The notes beneath the pieces are model-generated. The model did no database searches and was not told where the DNA came from. It worked only from the letters and a program-made list of their open reading frames with translations. From the NCBI GenBank assembly GCA_902569405.1, contig CACFTX010000005.1:11288-75287 (forward strand): 64,000 bases of DNA. The letters are read 5' to 3'. The position numbers and the translations under genes were made by a program. This DNA is from an uncultured Pelagibacteraceae bacterium. GTDB taxonomy: Bacteria; Pseudomonadota; Alphaproteobacteria; Pelagibacterales; Pelagibacteraceae. This document shows positions 1-11,232 of the stretch, one piece after another. Numbering within the stretch: the first letter of the stretch is position 1; every line of letters begins with the position of its first letter.

Positions 1-1
1 T

Positions 2-73
2 AGGTTGCTTTATTTGTTTGCTATAATAATTCCAATATTAACAATACTTTTATTGTATAAATTAAGCTTATGA
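2..73 (+). CDS. sdhD: 3' end of the succinate dehydrogenase membrane anchor subunit (partial; begins upstream of the window)
   Basis: Frame 2 reads [23 protein letters not shown], a hydrophobic TM-like tail. Its TGA stop (71-73) overlaps the sdhA ATG (70-72) as ATGA. This fits sdhCDAB synteny. Confidence 0.5.
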   Translation, partial: RLLYLFAIIIPILTILLLYKLSL

Positions 74-1845
74 ACTCATATCAAATTATAGAACACGAAT
101 ATGACGTTGTTGTTCTTGGAGCTGGAGGCGCAGGGTTAAGAGCTGCAGTTGGTCTTAGTGAGGCTGGATTAAAAACTGCATGTATATCAAAAGTTTTTCC
201 AACTCGAAGTCATACTTCGGCAGCCCAAGGCGGTATTTCAGCAGCTTTGGGAAATATGGGGGAAGATGATTGGAGATGGCACATGTATGATACAGTCAAA
301 GGATCAGATTGGTTAGGTGATCAAGATTGTATTGAATATTTATGCAAGGAAGCCCCGAGAGCAGTTTTGGAATTAGAAAGATATGGAGTTCCATTTAGCC
401 GAACAAAAGATGGAAAAATCTATCAGAGACCTTTTGGTGGAATGACTAAAAATTATGGTAATGAAACTGTACAAAGAACTTGTGCAGCAGCAGACAGAAC
501 TGGTCATGCAATACTACACACTATGTATGGTCAAGCATTGAAACATAATACAGAGTTTTTCATCGAGTATTTTGCACTGGATCTATTAATGAAAAATGGA
601 GAGTGCAAAGGCTTAATAGCTTGGAATTTAAACGATGGAACCATTCATAGATTTAGAGCTCACATAACAATTATAGCAACAGGTGGATATGGAAAAACAT
701 ATTATTCATCAACATCTGCTCACACTTGTACAGGCGATGGAAATGCTATGGTTTTAAGAGCAGGATTACCTTTACAAGATATGGAATTTGTTCAATTTCA
801 TCCAACAGGAATTTATGGACATGGAACTTTAATCTCTGAAGGTGTTAGAGGTGAAGGGGGTTATCTATTAAATTCTAAAGGAGAAAGATTCATGGAACGT
901 TATGCTCCAAAAGCAAAAGATCTTGCATCTAGAGATGTAGTAAGTAGATCTATAGCTGTTGAAATTAATGAAGGAAGAGGAGTGGGAAAGGAAAAAGATC
1001 ATGTTCATCTTCATTTAAATCACTTGGATCCAAAAGTAATTGAACAAAGACTTCCGGGAATTTCAGAGTCTTCAAGATTATTTGCAGATGTTGATGTAAC
1101 TAAAGAACCAATACCCGTAGTTCCAACAGTACACTACAATATGGGAGGAATTCCTACAAATTATAAAGCTGAAGTTATAACTGTAGATGGATCTGAAAAA
1201 ACTGTTCCTGGACTTATGGCAATAGGAGAAGCAGCATGTGTTTCCGTTCATGGTGCCAATAGACTGGGATCAAATTCATTAATTGATCTTGTAGTTTTTG
1301 GTAGAGCAGCAGCAAAAAGAGCAGCAGAATTAGTAAAAGCCGGAACTCCACATGAAGAGATTTCTAAAACAGAGACTGACAAATGCCTAGATAGATTTGA
1401 GAAATTAAGAAATGGTAATGGAGCAAATAGAACAGCTGATTTAAGATTGGCTATGCAAAAAACAATGCAATCAAAATGCGCAGTGTTTAGAACAGAAAAA
1501 ACTTTGAAAGAAGGTGTTCAAGAAATCAGAAAACCATATGAAGGGATGGATTCAATATCGGTAAAAGATAAGTCTTTAATTTTTAATACTGATTTGGTTG
1601 AAACTCTGGAATTTGATAATTTAATTAGACAGGCTATAGTCACAATAGATTCGGCATATGAACGAAAAGAAAGTAGAGGAGCTCACGCAAGAGAAGATTA
1701 TCCTAAAAGAGACGATAATAATTTTATGAATCACACATTATCTTTTTGTAAAGGAAGTGAAACGAAAATTTCTTATAGACCAGTGCACAAATCAACGTTG
1801 TCAAACGAAGTACAGTACTTTCCTCCACAAGAAAGGGTATATTAA
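70..1845 (+). CDS. sdhA: succinate dehydrogenase flavoprotein subunit
   Basis: 591-aa ORF with an N-terminal [10 protein letters not shown] dinucleotide fold and the covalent-FAD His context [10 protein letters not shown]. Family similarity runs the full length, and the gene is tightly coupled to sdhB. Confidence 0.97.
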   Translation: MNSYQIIEHEYDVVVLGAGGAGLRAAVGLSEAGLKTACISKVFPTRSHTSAAQGGISAALGNMGEDDWRWHMYDTVKGSDWLGDQDCIEYLCKEAPRAVLELERYGVPFSRTKDGKIYQRPFGGMTKNYGNETVQRTCAAADRTGHAILHTMYGQALKHNTEFFIEYFALDLLMKNGECKGLIAWNLNDGTIHRFRAHITIIATGGYGKTYYSSTSAHTCTGDGNAMVLRAGLPLQDMEFVQFHPTGIYGHGTLISEGVRGEGGYLLNSKGERFMERYAPKAKDLASRDVVSRSIAVEINEGRGVGKEKDHVHLHLNHLDPKVIEQRLPGISESSRLFADVDVTKEPIPVVPTVHYNMGGIPTNYKAEVITVDGSEKTVPGLMAIGEAACVSVHGANRLGSNSLIDLVVFGRAAAKRAAELVKAGTPHEEISKTETDKCLDRFEKLRNGNGANRTADLRLAMQKTMQSKCAVFRTEKTLKEGVQEIRKPYEGMDSISVKDKSLIFNTDLVETLEFDNLIRQAIVTIDSAYERKESRGAHAREDYPKRDDNNFMNHTLSFCKGSETKISYRPVHKSTLSNEVQYFPPQERVY

Positions 1846-2618
1846 TGGTACAAATAAATTTACCTCAAAATTCAAAAGTTCAAAAAGGAAAATATTACAA
1901 AGATAAAACTGGATCCAAAAATATCAGAAAAGTTAATATTTATAGATGGGACCCTTCTACTGGTGAAAATCCACGTATCGATACTTATGAAGTTGATATG
2001 GATAATTGCCCATCAAAAATATTAGACCTTTTAAATAAAATTAAAAATGAAATTGATCCATCTATAGCCTATAGAAGATCATGCGCTCACGGTGTCTGTG
2101 GCTCATGTGCAATGAACATGGATGGGAAAAATGGTTTAGCGTGCACAAAACCTCATAAAGAAATAAAAGGAGATATTAACATTTATCCTTTGCCCCATTT
2201 AAAAGTTCAAAAAGATTTAATAGGAGATTTAAACACTTTGTATAAACAGTACCATTCTGTTGAGCCATGGTTAAAAAATTCTAAAAAAGATGATAATAAG
2301 GAAAATTTACAATCAACAAAAGATAGATCAAAATTGGATGGGCTTTACGAATGTATAATGTGTGCATGCTGCTCTACATCTTGCCCCAGTTATTGGTGGA
2401 ATGGAGATAAATATTTAGGTCCTGCTGTTTTACTCCAAGCCTATAGATGGATTATAGATAGTAGAGATGAAGATAGAGAGCAAAGATTAAAAAAAGTAGC
2501 TGATGAACTTAAACTTTATAGATGTCACACAATAATGAATTGTACTAACGCTTGTCCAAAAGGACTTAATCCAGCAAAAGCAATTGCTGAAATAAAAAAA
2601 ATGTTAGTTACAGGCTAA
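1845..2618 (+). CDS. sdhB: succinate dehydrogenase iron-sulfur subunit
   Basis: 257 aa with three Cys clusters ([32 protein letters not shown]). Overlaps the sdhA stop by 1 nt. Confidence 0.96.
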   Translation: MVQINLPQNSKVQKGKYYKDKTGSKNIRKVNIYRWDPSTGENPRIDTYEVDMDNCPSKILDLLNKIKNEIDPSIAYRRSCAHGVCGSCAMNMDGKNGLACTKPHKEIKGDINIYPLPHLKVQKDLIGDLNTLYKQYHSVEPWLKNSKKDDNKENLQSTKDRSKLDGLYECIMCACCSTSCPSYWWNGDKYLGPAVLLQAYRWIIDSRDEDREQRLKKVADELKLYRCHTIMNCTNACPKGLNPAKAIAEIKKMLVTG

Positions 2619-2627
2619 TTATTTAAT

Positions 2628-4121
2628 TTAAGATAAAACAGGTATAGTAAACTCAGGACCAGCATTATCTTCGTTCCAGGTAATTGTTGCTGTTTTTAAT
2701 TTTGTATAAAATCTAACGCCATCTGGACCGTGAATTGAATGATCCCCAAATAACGATCTTTTCCATCCACCAAAGCTATGATAAGCAACCGGAACAGGTA
2801 TTGGCACGTTTACTCCTATCATACCGATTTTTGCATTTTCAGTGAAATGTTTGGCTATGTTTCCACTTCTTGTAAAAACAGCAGCACCATTACCCAGTTC
2901 ATGGTCATTAACCAGTTGTAAAGCATCTTCATATTTTTCAGTTGTCATCATGCTCAATACTGGGCCAAATATTTCTTCTTTATAGATTTTCATATTTGGT
3001 TTTACATCATCAAAAATTGTAGGCCCAACAAAATATCCATTTTCATACCCTTGTTTTTTAAAACCTCTTCCATCTGTAAGTAATTTTGCTCCTTCTTTTT
3101 CTCCACTATCAATATATCCTAAAACTTTTTTGTAGTGTGCTTCACTACTGAGTGGACCAAAATCAGTTTTTTCATCTGTATATGGACCTACGTTTAATTT
3201 TGCAGCTTTTTCTAATAAATTATTTTTTATTTTTTCATTTGTTTGTTTTCCAACGCATACAGCAACTGAAATCGCCATACATCTTTCTCCAGCTGATCCA
3301 AAAGCTGAACCAATAATGGCATCTGTTGTTTTGTCTACATCTGCATCTGGCATAATGACCATATGATTTTTGGCACCACCAAGTGCTTGAATTCTTTTGT
3401 TATTTTTTGTTCCTGTGTGATAAACATATTCAGCAATTGGAGTTGAACCAACAAAGCTAATTGCTTGTATAGTTTTATTTTCTAGCAATGAATCAACCGC
3501 TTCTTTATCTCCGTTAACTAAATTTAATACTCCAGCAGGAAAACCAGCTTTTATTGCAAGTTCAGCAAGTTTTAATGGACAACTTGGGTCTTTTTCAGAA
3601 GGTTTTAGAACAAAAGTGTTACCACATGCTATAGCTACAGGAAACATCCACATTGGAACCATAGCAGGAAAGTTAAACGGCGTTATTCCGGCACAAACCC
3701 CGAGGGGTTGACGCAATGTATGAGAGTCAACATTTGTTCCAACATTAGACGAATGTTCACCTTTTAAAGAAGATGTAATTCCAGTTACATATTCAACAAC
3801 TTCAATTCCTCTCTGTATAGAACCTTTTGCATCAGGGATAGTTTTACCATGTTGTTTTGAAACTAGCTCAGCTAACTCATTCATATTTTCAACTAATAAA
3901 TCTTTATACTTTGAAAAAATTCTTGCTCTTGTTATTGGAGTAGTTTTTGACCATTTCAAAAAAGCTTTAGAAGAACTTTCAACAGCCATGTTAACAACTT
4001 CCTTGCTTGCTAACTCAACTTCAGCAATTTGTTCTCCTGTCGCTGGATTGAATACTTTTCCTTTTCTTGATTTATTATTAGTGTAAATTTTTCCGTCAAT
4101 GAAATGACTTATTTTTTCCAT
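2628..4121 (-). CDS. mmsA: CoA-acylating methylmalonate/malonate-semialdehyde dehydrogenase (ALDH family)
   Basis: 497 aa. ALDH motifs are present (FNFPAMVPMWM, VLKPSEKDP, catalytic Cys in GERCMA), and the MmsA-type N-terminus reads HFIDGK...F.P.TGE. Confidence 0.85.
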   Translation of the reverse strand: MEKISHFIDGKIYTNNKSRKGKVFNPATGEQIAEVELASKEVVNMAVESSSKAFLKWSKTTPITRARIFSKYKDLLVENMNELAELVSKQHGKTIPDAKGSIQRGIEVVEYVTGITSSLKGEHSSNVGTNVDSHTLRQPLGVCAGITPFNFPAMVPMWMFPVAIACGNTFVLKPSEKDPSCPLKLAELAIKAGFPAGVLNLVNGDKEAVDSLLENKTIQAISFVGSTPIAEYVYHTGTKNNKRIQALGGAKNHMVIMPDADVDKTTDAIIGSAFGSAGERCMAISVAVCVGKQTNEKIKNNLLEKAAKLNVGPYTDEKTDFGPLSSEAHYKKVLGYIDSGEKEGAKLLTDGRGFKKQGYENGYFVGPTIFDDVKPNMKIYKEEIFGPVLSMMTTEKYEDALQLVNDHELGNGAAVFTRSGNIAKHFTENAKIGMIGVNVPIPVPVAYHSFGGWKRSLFGDHSIHGPDGVRFYTKLKTATITWNEDNAGPEFTIPVLS

Positions 4122-4248
4122 GAAGTTTTTTTTATTTATAATTAAACTTATAGTAAGAATTTTACCGTTTCAACTCCTTTTATACTGTTGACTCTTAATT
4201 TTATATAGGCTTAAATTATGAAATTTTTTTTTGCGCGGGAGGAAAATT

Positions 4249-5430
4249 TTGAGAGACAATGTAAGAATTTGCGTACCTAGATATCTTCAAATAGGAAAAG
4301 GAAGTTTAAATCAGCTCCCAGAGATTATCAAAATTATAGGATCTGTAAAATCGCCATTAATTGTTACCGACAAACAAATGGTGCAATTTGGATATGTTAA
4401 AAAATTGCAAGATGTTTTAAATAAAGCAGGTTTGAAGTCCAATGTTTTTGAAGAGACAATTCCAGATCCTACAGATAAAGTTGTTTTAAATGGAATAGAT
4501 TTTTTAAAAAAAAATAAAAATGACGCTGTGATAGGTTTTGGAGGAGGAAGTCCAATAGATACAGCTAAAGCTATAGCTGTTCTTTCGCAATATAGTAATG
4601 ATATACAAGATTATAAACCACCAGGAACTTTTGATAAAAAGGGTTTACCAATTATTGCTATACCAACAACTGCAGGAACAGGATCAGAAGTTACTCACCA
4701 TGCAGTTATTATTGACACAAGAACTAATAATCTAGAAAAAATATCATGTAGAGGAGAAGGGTTTGTTCCAATAGTTTCTATAATAGATTATGAATTAACT
4801 TTATCCAAGCCAAGAAGACTAACAATTGATAGTGCAATTGATACTTTAACCCATGGTATTGAGGCTTATGTTAGCAAGAAGGCAACTTTATTTTCAGATA
4901 GAATGGCACTTGATACAATAAGACTTGTTACTGAAAATATATATGCTGTTGAAAAAAATCCTAAAGATATAAAAGCTAGAGAAGGTTTAATGCTCGCAGC
5001 AACTTTAGGAGGTTTAGCTTTTTCAAATGCATCAATATGTTTAGTACATGGTATGAGTAGACCGCTTGGAAGTAATTTTAAGGTTCCTCATGGATTAAGT
5101 AACGCAATGTTATTACCAACAATTACTGAATTTTCAGTTGAGCATGCTAAAAGCCGTTATGCGGATTGTAGCCGAGCGGGAAAATTTGCTTTAGCTGATG
5201 ACGATGATGATGTTGCATGTAAAAAATTGTTAAGTGGTCTTTATAAAATAAATAAAGATTTTGAAGTACCATCAATGAAAGATTTCGGAATAGATCAAAA
5301 GAATTTTGAGGATCAGCTAGAAAATATGGCAACAGATGCAGAAATATCTGGTGCTCCTAGCCTCAATCCAAGAGTGCCCTCTGTAAAGGAAATGGTTAAT
5401 CTTTACGGAGAAGCATGGAGAGCATTTTAA
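4249..5430 (+). CDS. iron-containing (family III) alcohol / hydroxyacid dehydrogenase
   Basis: Motifs GFGGGSPIDTAKA, DTLTHGIEAY and VHGMSRPLG...VPHGLSNAML. The start is proposed at TTG 4249, 6 nt after a GGGAGG Shine-Dalgarno (4237-4242). The ORF track start TTG 4231 is the alternative. Confidence 0.85.
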   Translation: MRDNVRICVPRYLQIGKGSLNQLPEIIKIIGSVKSPLIVTDKQMVQFGYVKKLQDVLNKAGLKSNVFEETIPDPTDKVVLNGIDFLKKNKNDAVIGFGGGSPIDTAKAIAVLSQYSNDIQDYKPPGTFDKKGLPIIAIPTTAGTGSEVTHHAVIIDTRTNNLEKISCRGEGFVPIVSIIDYELTLSKPRRLTIDSAIDTLTHGIEAYVSKKATLFSDRMALDTIRLVTENIYAVEKNPKDIKAREGLMLAATLGGLAFSNASICLVHGMSRPLGSNFKVPHGLSNAMLLPTITEFSVEHAKSRYADCSRAGKFALADDDDDVACKKLLSGLYKINKDFEVPSMKDFGIDQKNFEDQLENMATDAEISGAPSLNPRVPSVKEMVNLYGEAWRAF

Positions 5431-5494
5431 TTTAGAGTTGGAAATGTTCTTCTATTTATAAACAAACAACTCTTAAAAAAAAGAGAGGGGTACT

Positions 5495-6559
5495 ATGAAA
5501 AAACTAATAAAAACATCTATTAGTATTTTTGCTGTGTTTGCTTTGATGATTACTTTTTCACTTCAGCAAGTTAGTGCAGCAGAGAAAATAAGATGGAAGG
5601 TACAATCAACTTTTAATACTGGTTGGCCTGCATTAGGAGATCCAGTTGCTCGTTTAGCAGACACTTTAAAAAGAGCTACTGATGGAAGGATTCAATTAAA
5701 GGTTTATGAACCTGGAAAAATTCTTCCGCCATTGGAAATTTCACCTTCAATTACAAAAGGTGACTTACCAGCCGCTTATAACTATATGGCGTATGACCAA
5801 GGAAGAATTCCTGCAGCAGTTTTATTTGCAGCAGTTCCATTTGGAATGGAGCCATGGGAGTACGCAGCTTGGTGGTTTGAAGGAGAAGGTTCTAAATTAG
5901 CTAACGAAATCTACAACAAGAGCAATATTCAAGTGTTGCTATGTAGTACAATTGGACCTGAAACTGCTGGTTGGTACAGAAAACCAATTACAAGTTTAGC
6001 AGATCTTAAAGGTTTAAAAATTCGTTTCTCTGGTTTAGGAGGAATGGTGTTAAATGAAATAGGAGCATCTGCAACTTTAATGGCTGGTGGTGAAATTTTT
6101 GCTGCACTAGAAAAAGGAACTCTGGATGCAACAGAATATTCTATGCCTGCAATTGATGAAGTGCTTGGTTTTCATAAGATTACTAAGTACAACTTGTTTC
6201 CAGGATGGCACCAAGTGTCAACATCAACTCATTTCATGATTAATCTAGATTTATGGAAAAAAATGGGACCTGCCGACCAAGCGTTATTTGAAATGGCTTG
6301 TACTGCAGCAACTATGAGAGCAATTACAACTGGTGAGTTTTTACAAGGAAAACAAATTCAAAGTTTTCCAGGTAAAGGTGTAACTGCTGCTAGATTGCCA
6401 GAAAGTGTATTGAGAGAACTTCAAAAAGTTAGTGCAAGAGTTATGAAAGAAGAATCTGCTAAAGATGCTGACTTTAAAAGAGTTTGGGAGTCTCAGAAAG
6501 CTTTTATGAAAGAGTACGATGTTTGGCAAAAATGGGGATATTTACCAAGAATCTTTTAA
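5495..6559 (+). CDS. dctP: TRAP transporter periplasmic substrate-binding protein (DctP family)
   Basis: 354 aa with a signal peptide (…QQVSA/AEK). It is followed by the DctQ and DctM components, and a GAGAGGGG SD sits at 5483-5490. Confidence 0.85.
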   Translation: MKKLIKTSISIFAVFALMITFSLQQVSAAEKIRWKVQSTFNTGWPALGDPVARLADTLKRATDGRIQLKVYEPGKILPPLEISPSITKGDLPAAYNYMAYDQGRIPAAVLFAAVPFGMEPWEYAAWWFEGEGSKLANEIYNKSNIQVLLCSTIGPETAGWYRKPITSLADLKGLKIRFSGLGGMVLNEIGASATLMAGGEIFAALEKGTLDATEYSMPAIDEVLGFHKITKYNLFPGWHQVSTSTHFMINLDLWKKMGPADQALFEMACTAATMRAITTGEFLQGKQIQSFPGKGVTAARLPESVLRELQKVSARVMKEESAKDADFKRVWESQKAFMKEYDVWQKWGYLPRIF

Positions 6560-6605
6560 GTATTTAAGTTGATACTTTAGAGGTTTATAGTTAAAAGTTA
6601 TAAAA

Positions 6606-6635
6606 GCAGCCGGTTTCTCCGGCTGCTTTTGTTTT
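6606..6635 (+). terminator. rho-independent terminator/attenuator between dctP and dctQ
   Basis: Perfect 8-bp GC-rich stem gcagccgg (6606-6613) / ccggctgc (6619-6626), extendable by 4 A-U pairs. The loop is tttct and the tail is ttttgtttt. Confidence 0.8.
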
Positions 6636-6658
6636 AGAACTAATTTAAGAAGGATTTT

Positions 6659-7228
6659 ATGGCCAAAGATTTTTCTACTGTAGATGCTAGTTTAGATAAG
6701 AAACTTCAACTAAGACACCTGCCCTTTACAAAAACTATAGATAATTTTGTTCTAAAAGTAGGAGAAGTTTTTAATTGGTTATGGGTGATTTTGGTTGCTG
6801 TTATAATTCTAAATGTGGTTCTTAGATATGTATTTAAAAGTGGCATGATAGAACTAGAAGAACTACAGTGGCACCTTTATTGTATTGGTTGGTTAGTAGG
6901 TTTATCTTCTACCTATATAGTTGACTCTCATGTAAGAGTTGATGTTTTAAGCGATAGATTATCATTTAAAAAAAAACTTTGGTTTGAGTTTTTTGGAATT
7001 ATTTTATTATTTTTGCCATTTATAATTCTTGTATTATATTATTCAGTACCTTTTTTTGAGCTTTCATGGACAACCAACGAAAGATCAACTTCTGCAAATG
7101 GTTTGCCTGCAAGATGGCTTGTAAAAGGATTTTTAGTAATTAGTTTCTTTTTATTGTTAATGGCTGGCATATCAAGAATGACTAGGGTACTTGCCACTAT
7201 TCGATTTGGACTGGATAAGAGAAAATAA
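6659..7228 (+). CDS. dctQ: TRAP transporter small permease
   Basis: 189-aa membrane protein with 4 predicted TM segments, lying between dctP and dctM. Its stop overlaps the dctM start. Confidence 0.85.
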   Translation: MAKDFSTVDASLDKKLQLRHLPFTKTIDNFVLKVGEVFNWLWVILVAVIILNVVLRYVFKSGMIELEELQWHLYCIGWLVGLSSTYIVDSHVRVDVLSDRLSFKKKLWFEFFGIILLFLPFIILVLYYSVPFFELSWTTNERSTSANGLPARWLVKGFLVISFFLLLMAGISRMTRVLATIRFGLDKRK

Positions 7229-8589
7229 TGGAACTAGTTACAGAATATTTCATGGCGATAGCACTTTTTTTTAGTTTTATAGTGCTTATTTTTTATGGTT
7301 TCCCAGTTGCTTGGACCATGGGAGGTCTTGGAGTTTTATTTATAATAATTTCAATGTTGTCCGACAGTCTGTTTGACACATTTTATGGAGTAGATTGGGG
7401 ATTTGCCTCTATGGTGGTTTATAGACTCTACGGAGTGATGGCAAACTGGGTCCTAGTTGCTTTGCCAATGTTTATTTTTATGGGAATAATGATGGACAAA
7501 TCTGGTATTGCAGAAGATCTTATGACAGATCTATCTAAATTGTTTGGTAAGACTAGAGGAGGACTTGCTATATCAATTGTATTCATAGGAGTCTTGTTAG
7601 CAGCATCAACGGGAATAATTGGTGCAGCAGTAGTATTGTTAACAATCTTAGGTGTGCCACTGATGTTAAAAAATAATTATAATCGGGATTTAGCTTGCGG
7701 GGTTGTCTGCGCAACAGGTACATTAGGAATTTTAATTCCTCCCAGCATTATGCTTGTAATAATGGGAGACCAAGTAAGAATATCCGTTGGTGATTTGTTC
7801 ATGGGAGCGGTATTTCCCGGTTTATTGTTGGGATTGCTATATACAATTTTTATTGTGACTTATGCTTATATGAAACCAAAAGTAGCTCCTCTTCCAAAAG
7901 ATGCTGAGCCCGTTACGATAAAAATCGTCTTTAGAGTTTTCAAATCAATAATACCGCCAGCTCTGCTAATTGTTGCTGTTTTAGGAAGTATATTTATGGG
8001 AATAGCAACCCCAACCGAAGCATCTGGTGTTGGAGCACTTGGTGCATCTCTGCTAGCAATTTTAAGAGGAAGACTTTCATTTTCAGACTTAAAACATGTA
8101 ATTCGTAAGACGACACATACAACAGCTTACATTTTTGCATTGTTTGTAGGAGCTACTATGTTTGCTTTAATACTGAGAGGTTTAGGAGGTGATGAATTGA
8201 TTGAGGGTGCATTAAAAGCTTTACCATTTGGAACAAACGGAGTTGTGATAGTTGTTTTATGCATTGCATTTATTTTAGGTTTCTTTTTAGATTGGATAGA
8301 AATTACATTAATTATTTTACCATTTTTAGCTCCTGTGATGTTAGATCTTGGAGTAGACCTAGTCTGGTTTATTGTTATGTTTGCAGTTGTTTTACAAACT
8401 TCATTTATTACACCTCCAGTAGGTTTTGCGTTATTTTATATGAAAGGTGTTGCTCCACAAGGAATAACCATAACAAATATTTATAAAGGAATAATACCAT
8501 TTGTTGTTTTGCAACTTATAGCAGTTACGATTGTATTTAATTATCCTGAAATTGTAACTTGGCTTCCAAAAGTTGCTTACGGTCCGTAA
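7228..8589 (+). CDS. dctM: TRAP transporter large permease
   Basis: 453-aa polytopic membrane protein with DctM-like sequence throughout. Confidence 0.9.
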   Translation: MELVTEYFMAIALFFSFIVLIFYGFPVAWTMGGLGVLFIIISMLSDSLFDTFYGVDWGFASMVVYRLYGVMANWVLVALPMFIFMGIMMDKSGIAEDLMTDLSKLFGKTRGGLAISIVFIGVLLAASTGIIGAAVVLLTILGVPLMLKNNYNRDLACGVVCATGTLGILIPPSIMLVIMGDQVRISVGDLFMGAVFPGLLLGLLYTIFIVTYAYMKPKVAPLPKDAEPVTIKIVFRVFKSIIPPALLIVAVLGSIFMGIATPTEASGVGALGASLLAILRGRLSFSDLKHVIRKTTHTTAYIFALFVGATMFALILRGLGGDELIEGALKALPFGTNGVVIVVLCIAFILGFFLDWIEITLIILPFLAPVMLDLGVDLVWFIVMFAVVLQTSFITPPVGFALFYMKGVAPQGITITNIYKGIIPFVVLQLIAVTIVFNYPEIVTWLPKVAYGP

Positions 8590-8601
8590 ATCTTTTAAAA
8601 A

Positions 8602-9045
8602 ATGAAAAGACTTAATTTTTTAATTGTAATTATATTTTCTATATTTGTTTCAAGCATTTTAAAAGCTGACTCAAACACCCCATTAAAAGAATATTTGAAA
8701 AATAAAGATATAGAAGAAGGTTCCACACAAATATTTTTGCTAAATAGATGTAGTGCAATTTATGCATATGCATCCGCAATTCTTTTAAACACTGATCCGG
8801 TTAATTCAAAAAATTTTATAGAGATTGCAAATAATTTATTATTTAAATCTGTAGAATTAATGGTGATTGATGAAAAAGAAAAATTAGAAGAAGCGCAAAA
8901 AAAAGCAGAAAAAAAAAGAAAAAAATTATTTGATATTTATATCGCAGATGGAAAAAAAAATTGGGAAAAAAATAAATCTCACTTTAAAGGATCATATATT
9001 TCTGATGATATGTCTATTTGTTCTAAACTTGTTGAAGATAGCTAA
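8602..9045 (+). CDS. hypothetical exported protein
   Basis: 147 aa with an N-terminal signal peptide (MKRLNFLIVIIFSIFVSSILKA/DS), a Lys/Glu-rich helix (EKEKLEEAQKKAEKKRKK) and two Cys. I recognise no family. It starts 12 nt after dctM. Confidence 0.6.
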   Translation: MKRLNFLIVIIFSIFVSSILKADSNTPLKEYLKNKDIEEGSTQIFLLNRCSAIYAYASAILLNTDPVNSKNFIEIANNLLFKSVELMVIDEKEKLEEAQKKAEKKRKKLFDIYIADGKKNWEKNKSHFKGSYISDDMSICSKLVEDS

Positions 9046-9104
9046 TCAATAATTTATAATTATCTTGAATAATGGTTAATTATAATTAAAAGATAGTTTC
9101 ATAA

Positions 9105-10069
<965 letters not shown>

Positions 10070-10070
<1 letters not shown>

Positions 10071-11230
10071 TGAATATTCACGAACACCAAGCAAAACAAA
10101 TCTTAAAAAAATATGGAGTAGCTGTGCCAAATGGTGTTTTTGGCCATACGGTTAAAGATTTAATTGAAAAATCAAAATTATTAAAGACAGAAAAGTATAT
10201 TTTAAAAGCACAAATTCATGCGGGAGGCAGAGGTAAAGCTGGTGGTGTAAAAATACTTGATAATATTAAAGAATTAACAGAGGCATCAAAAGAAATGTTG
10301 GGCAAAAAACTTATTACTCATCAGACAGGCCCAGAAGGTAAAGTGGTCAAAAGACTATATGTTGAAGAGTCTTCTAATATAGAAAAAGAATTTTATTTAT
10401 CGTGTTTGGTTGATAGAGCTAGTTCAAAAATTGCATTTATTTCAAGTGATCAGGGAGGAATGGATATTGAAGAGGTAGCAAAGAAAAATCCAGAAAAAAT
10501 TATAACAACAAAAATTAATTATTCCAAAGAAATTTCAAATGAAGATTGTGAAAGTATAATAAAAATCTTCTCTCTAAAAGGAAAAACAAAAGAACAAGGA
10601 AAGAATTTAATAAAAGCAATTTACAAAATGTTTATAAGTACCGATGCAAGCATGGTTGAAATAAATCCCTTAATTGTAACTAAAGAAGAAAACATGCTTT
10701 GTTTAGATGCAAAAGTTAATTTTGATGATAATGCTTTATTTAAACATCCAGAAATTGCTGAGTTAAGAGATTTTAGCGAAGAAGATTCAATTGAGATAGA
10801 AGCGAGCAAAAATGATTTGTCCTATATAAAATTAGATGGCAGCATAGGTTGTATGGTTAATGGAGCAGGTCTAGCTATGGCAACAATGGATATTATAAAA
10901 TTATATGGAGAAGAGCCTGCCAACTTTCTAGATGTTGGTGGAGGAGCTTCTAAAGAAAAAGTATCTGCTGCATTAAAATTAATTCTTTCAGATAAAAATG
11001 TTAAAGGTATTTTAATAAATATTTTTGGTGGAATAATGAGATGTGACGTCCTTGCTCAAGGCGTAATTGATGCAGCAAAAGAAATGGATATAAATGTTCC
11101 TTTAGTGGTAAGGCTTGCTGGAACTAATTTTAAAGAGGGAAAGAAAATATTAGATAATTCTGGACTAAAATTAATTTCTGCTGAAAATTTAGACGATGCA
11201 GCAAAAAAGATCGTGAAAGCCATAAAATAA
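10070..11230 (+). CDS. sucC: succinyl-CoA synthetase beta subunit
   Basis: 386 aa with [17 protein letters not shown], an ATP-grasp fold and the GGIMRCD motif. Confidence 0.96.
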
Positions 11231-11232
11231 AA

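Noticed and set aside
4218-4232. An ATG at 4218 followed by a T9 run, which would join the Fe-ADH frame if the run were one T shorter. This could indicate a homopolymer frameshift or phase variation.
   Set aside because: A strong GGGAGG SD 6 nt upstream of an in-frame TTG (4249) already explains initiation, so no frameshift needs to be invoked.
9076-9089. A perfect 14-bp palindrome, TTAATTATAATTAA, upstream of mdh.
   Set aside because: It is made only of A and T in roughly 30% GC DNA, so chance occurrence is likely. It contains a TATAAT that is more simply a -10 element.
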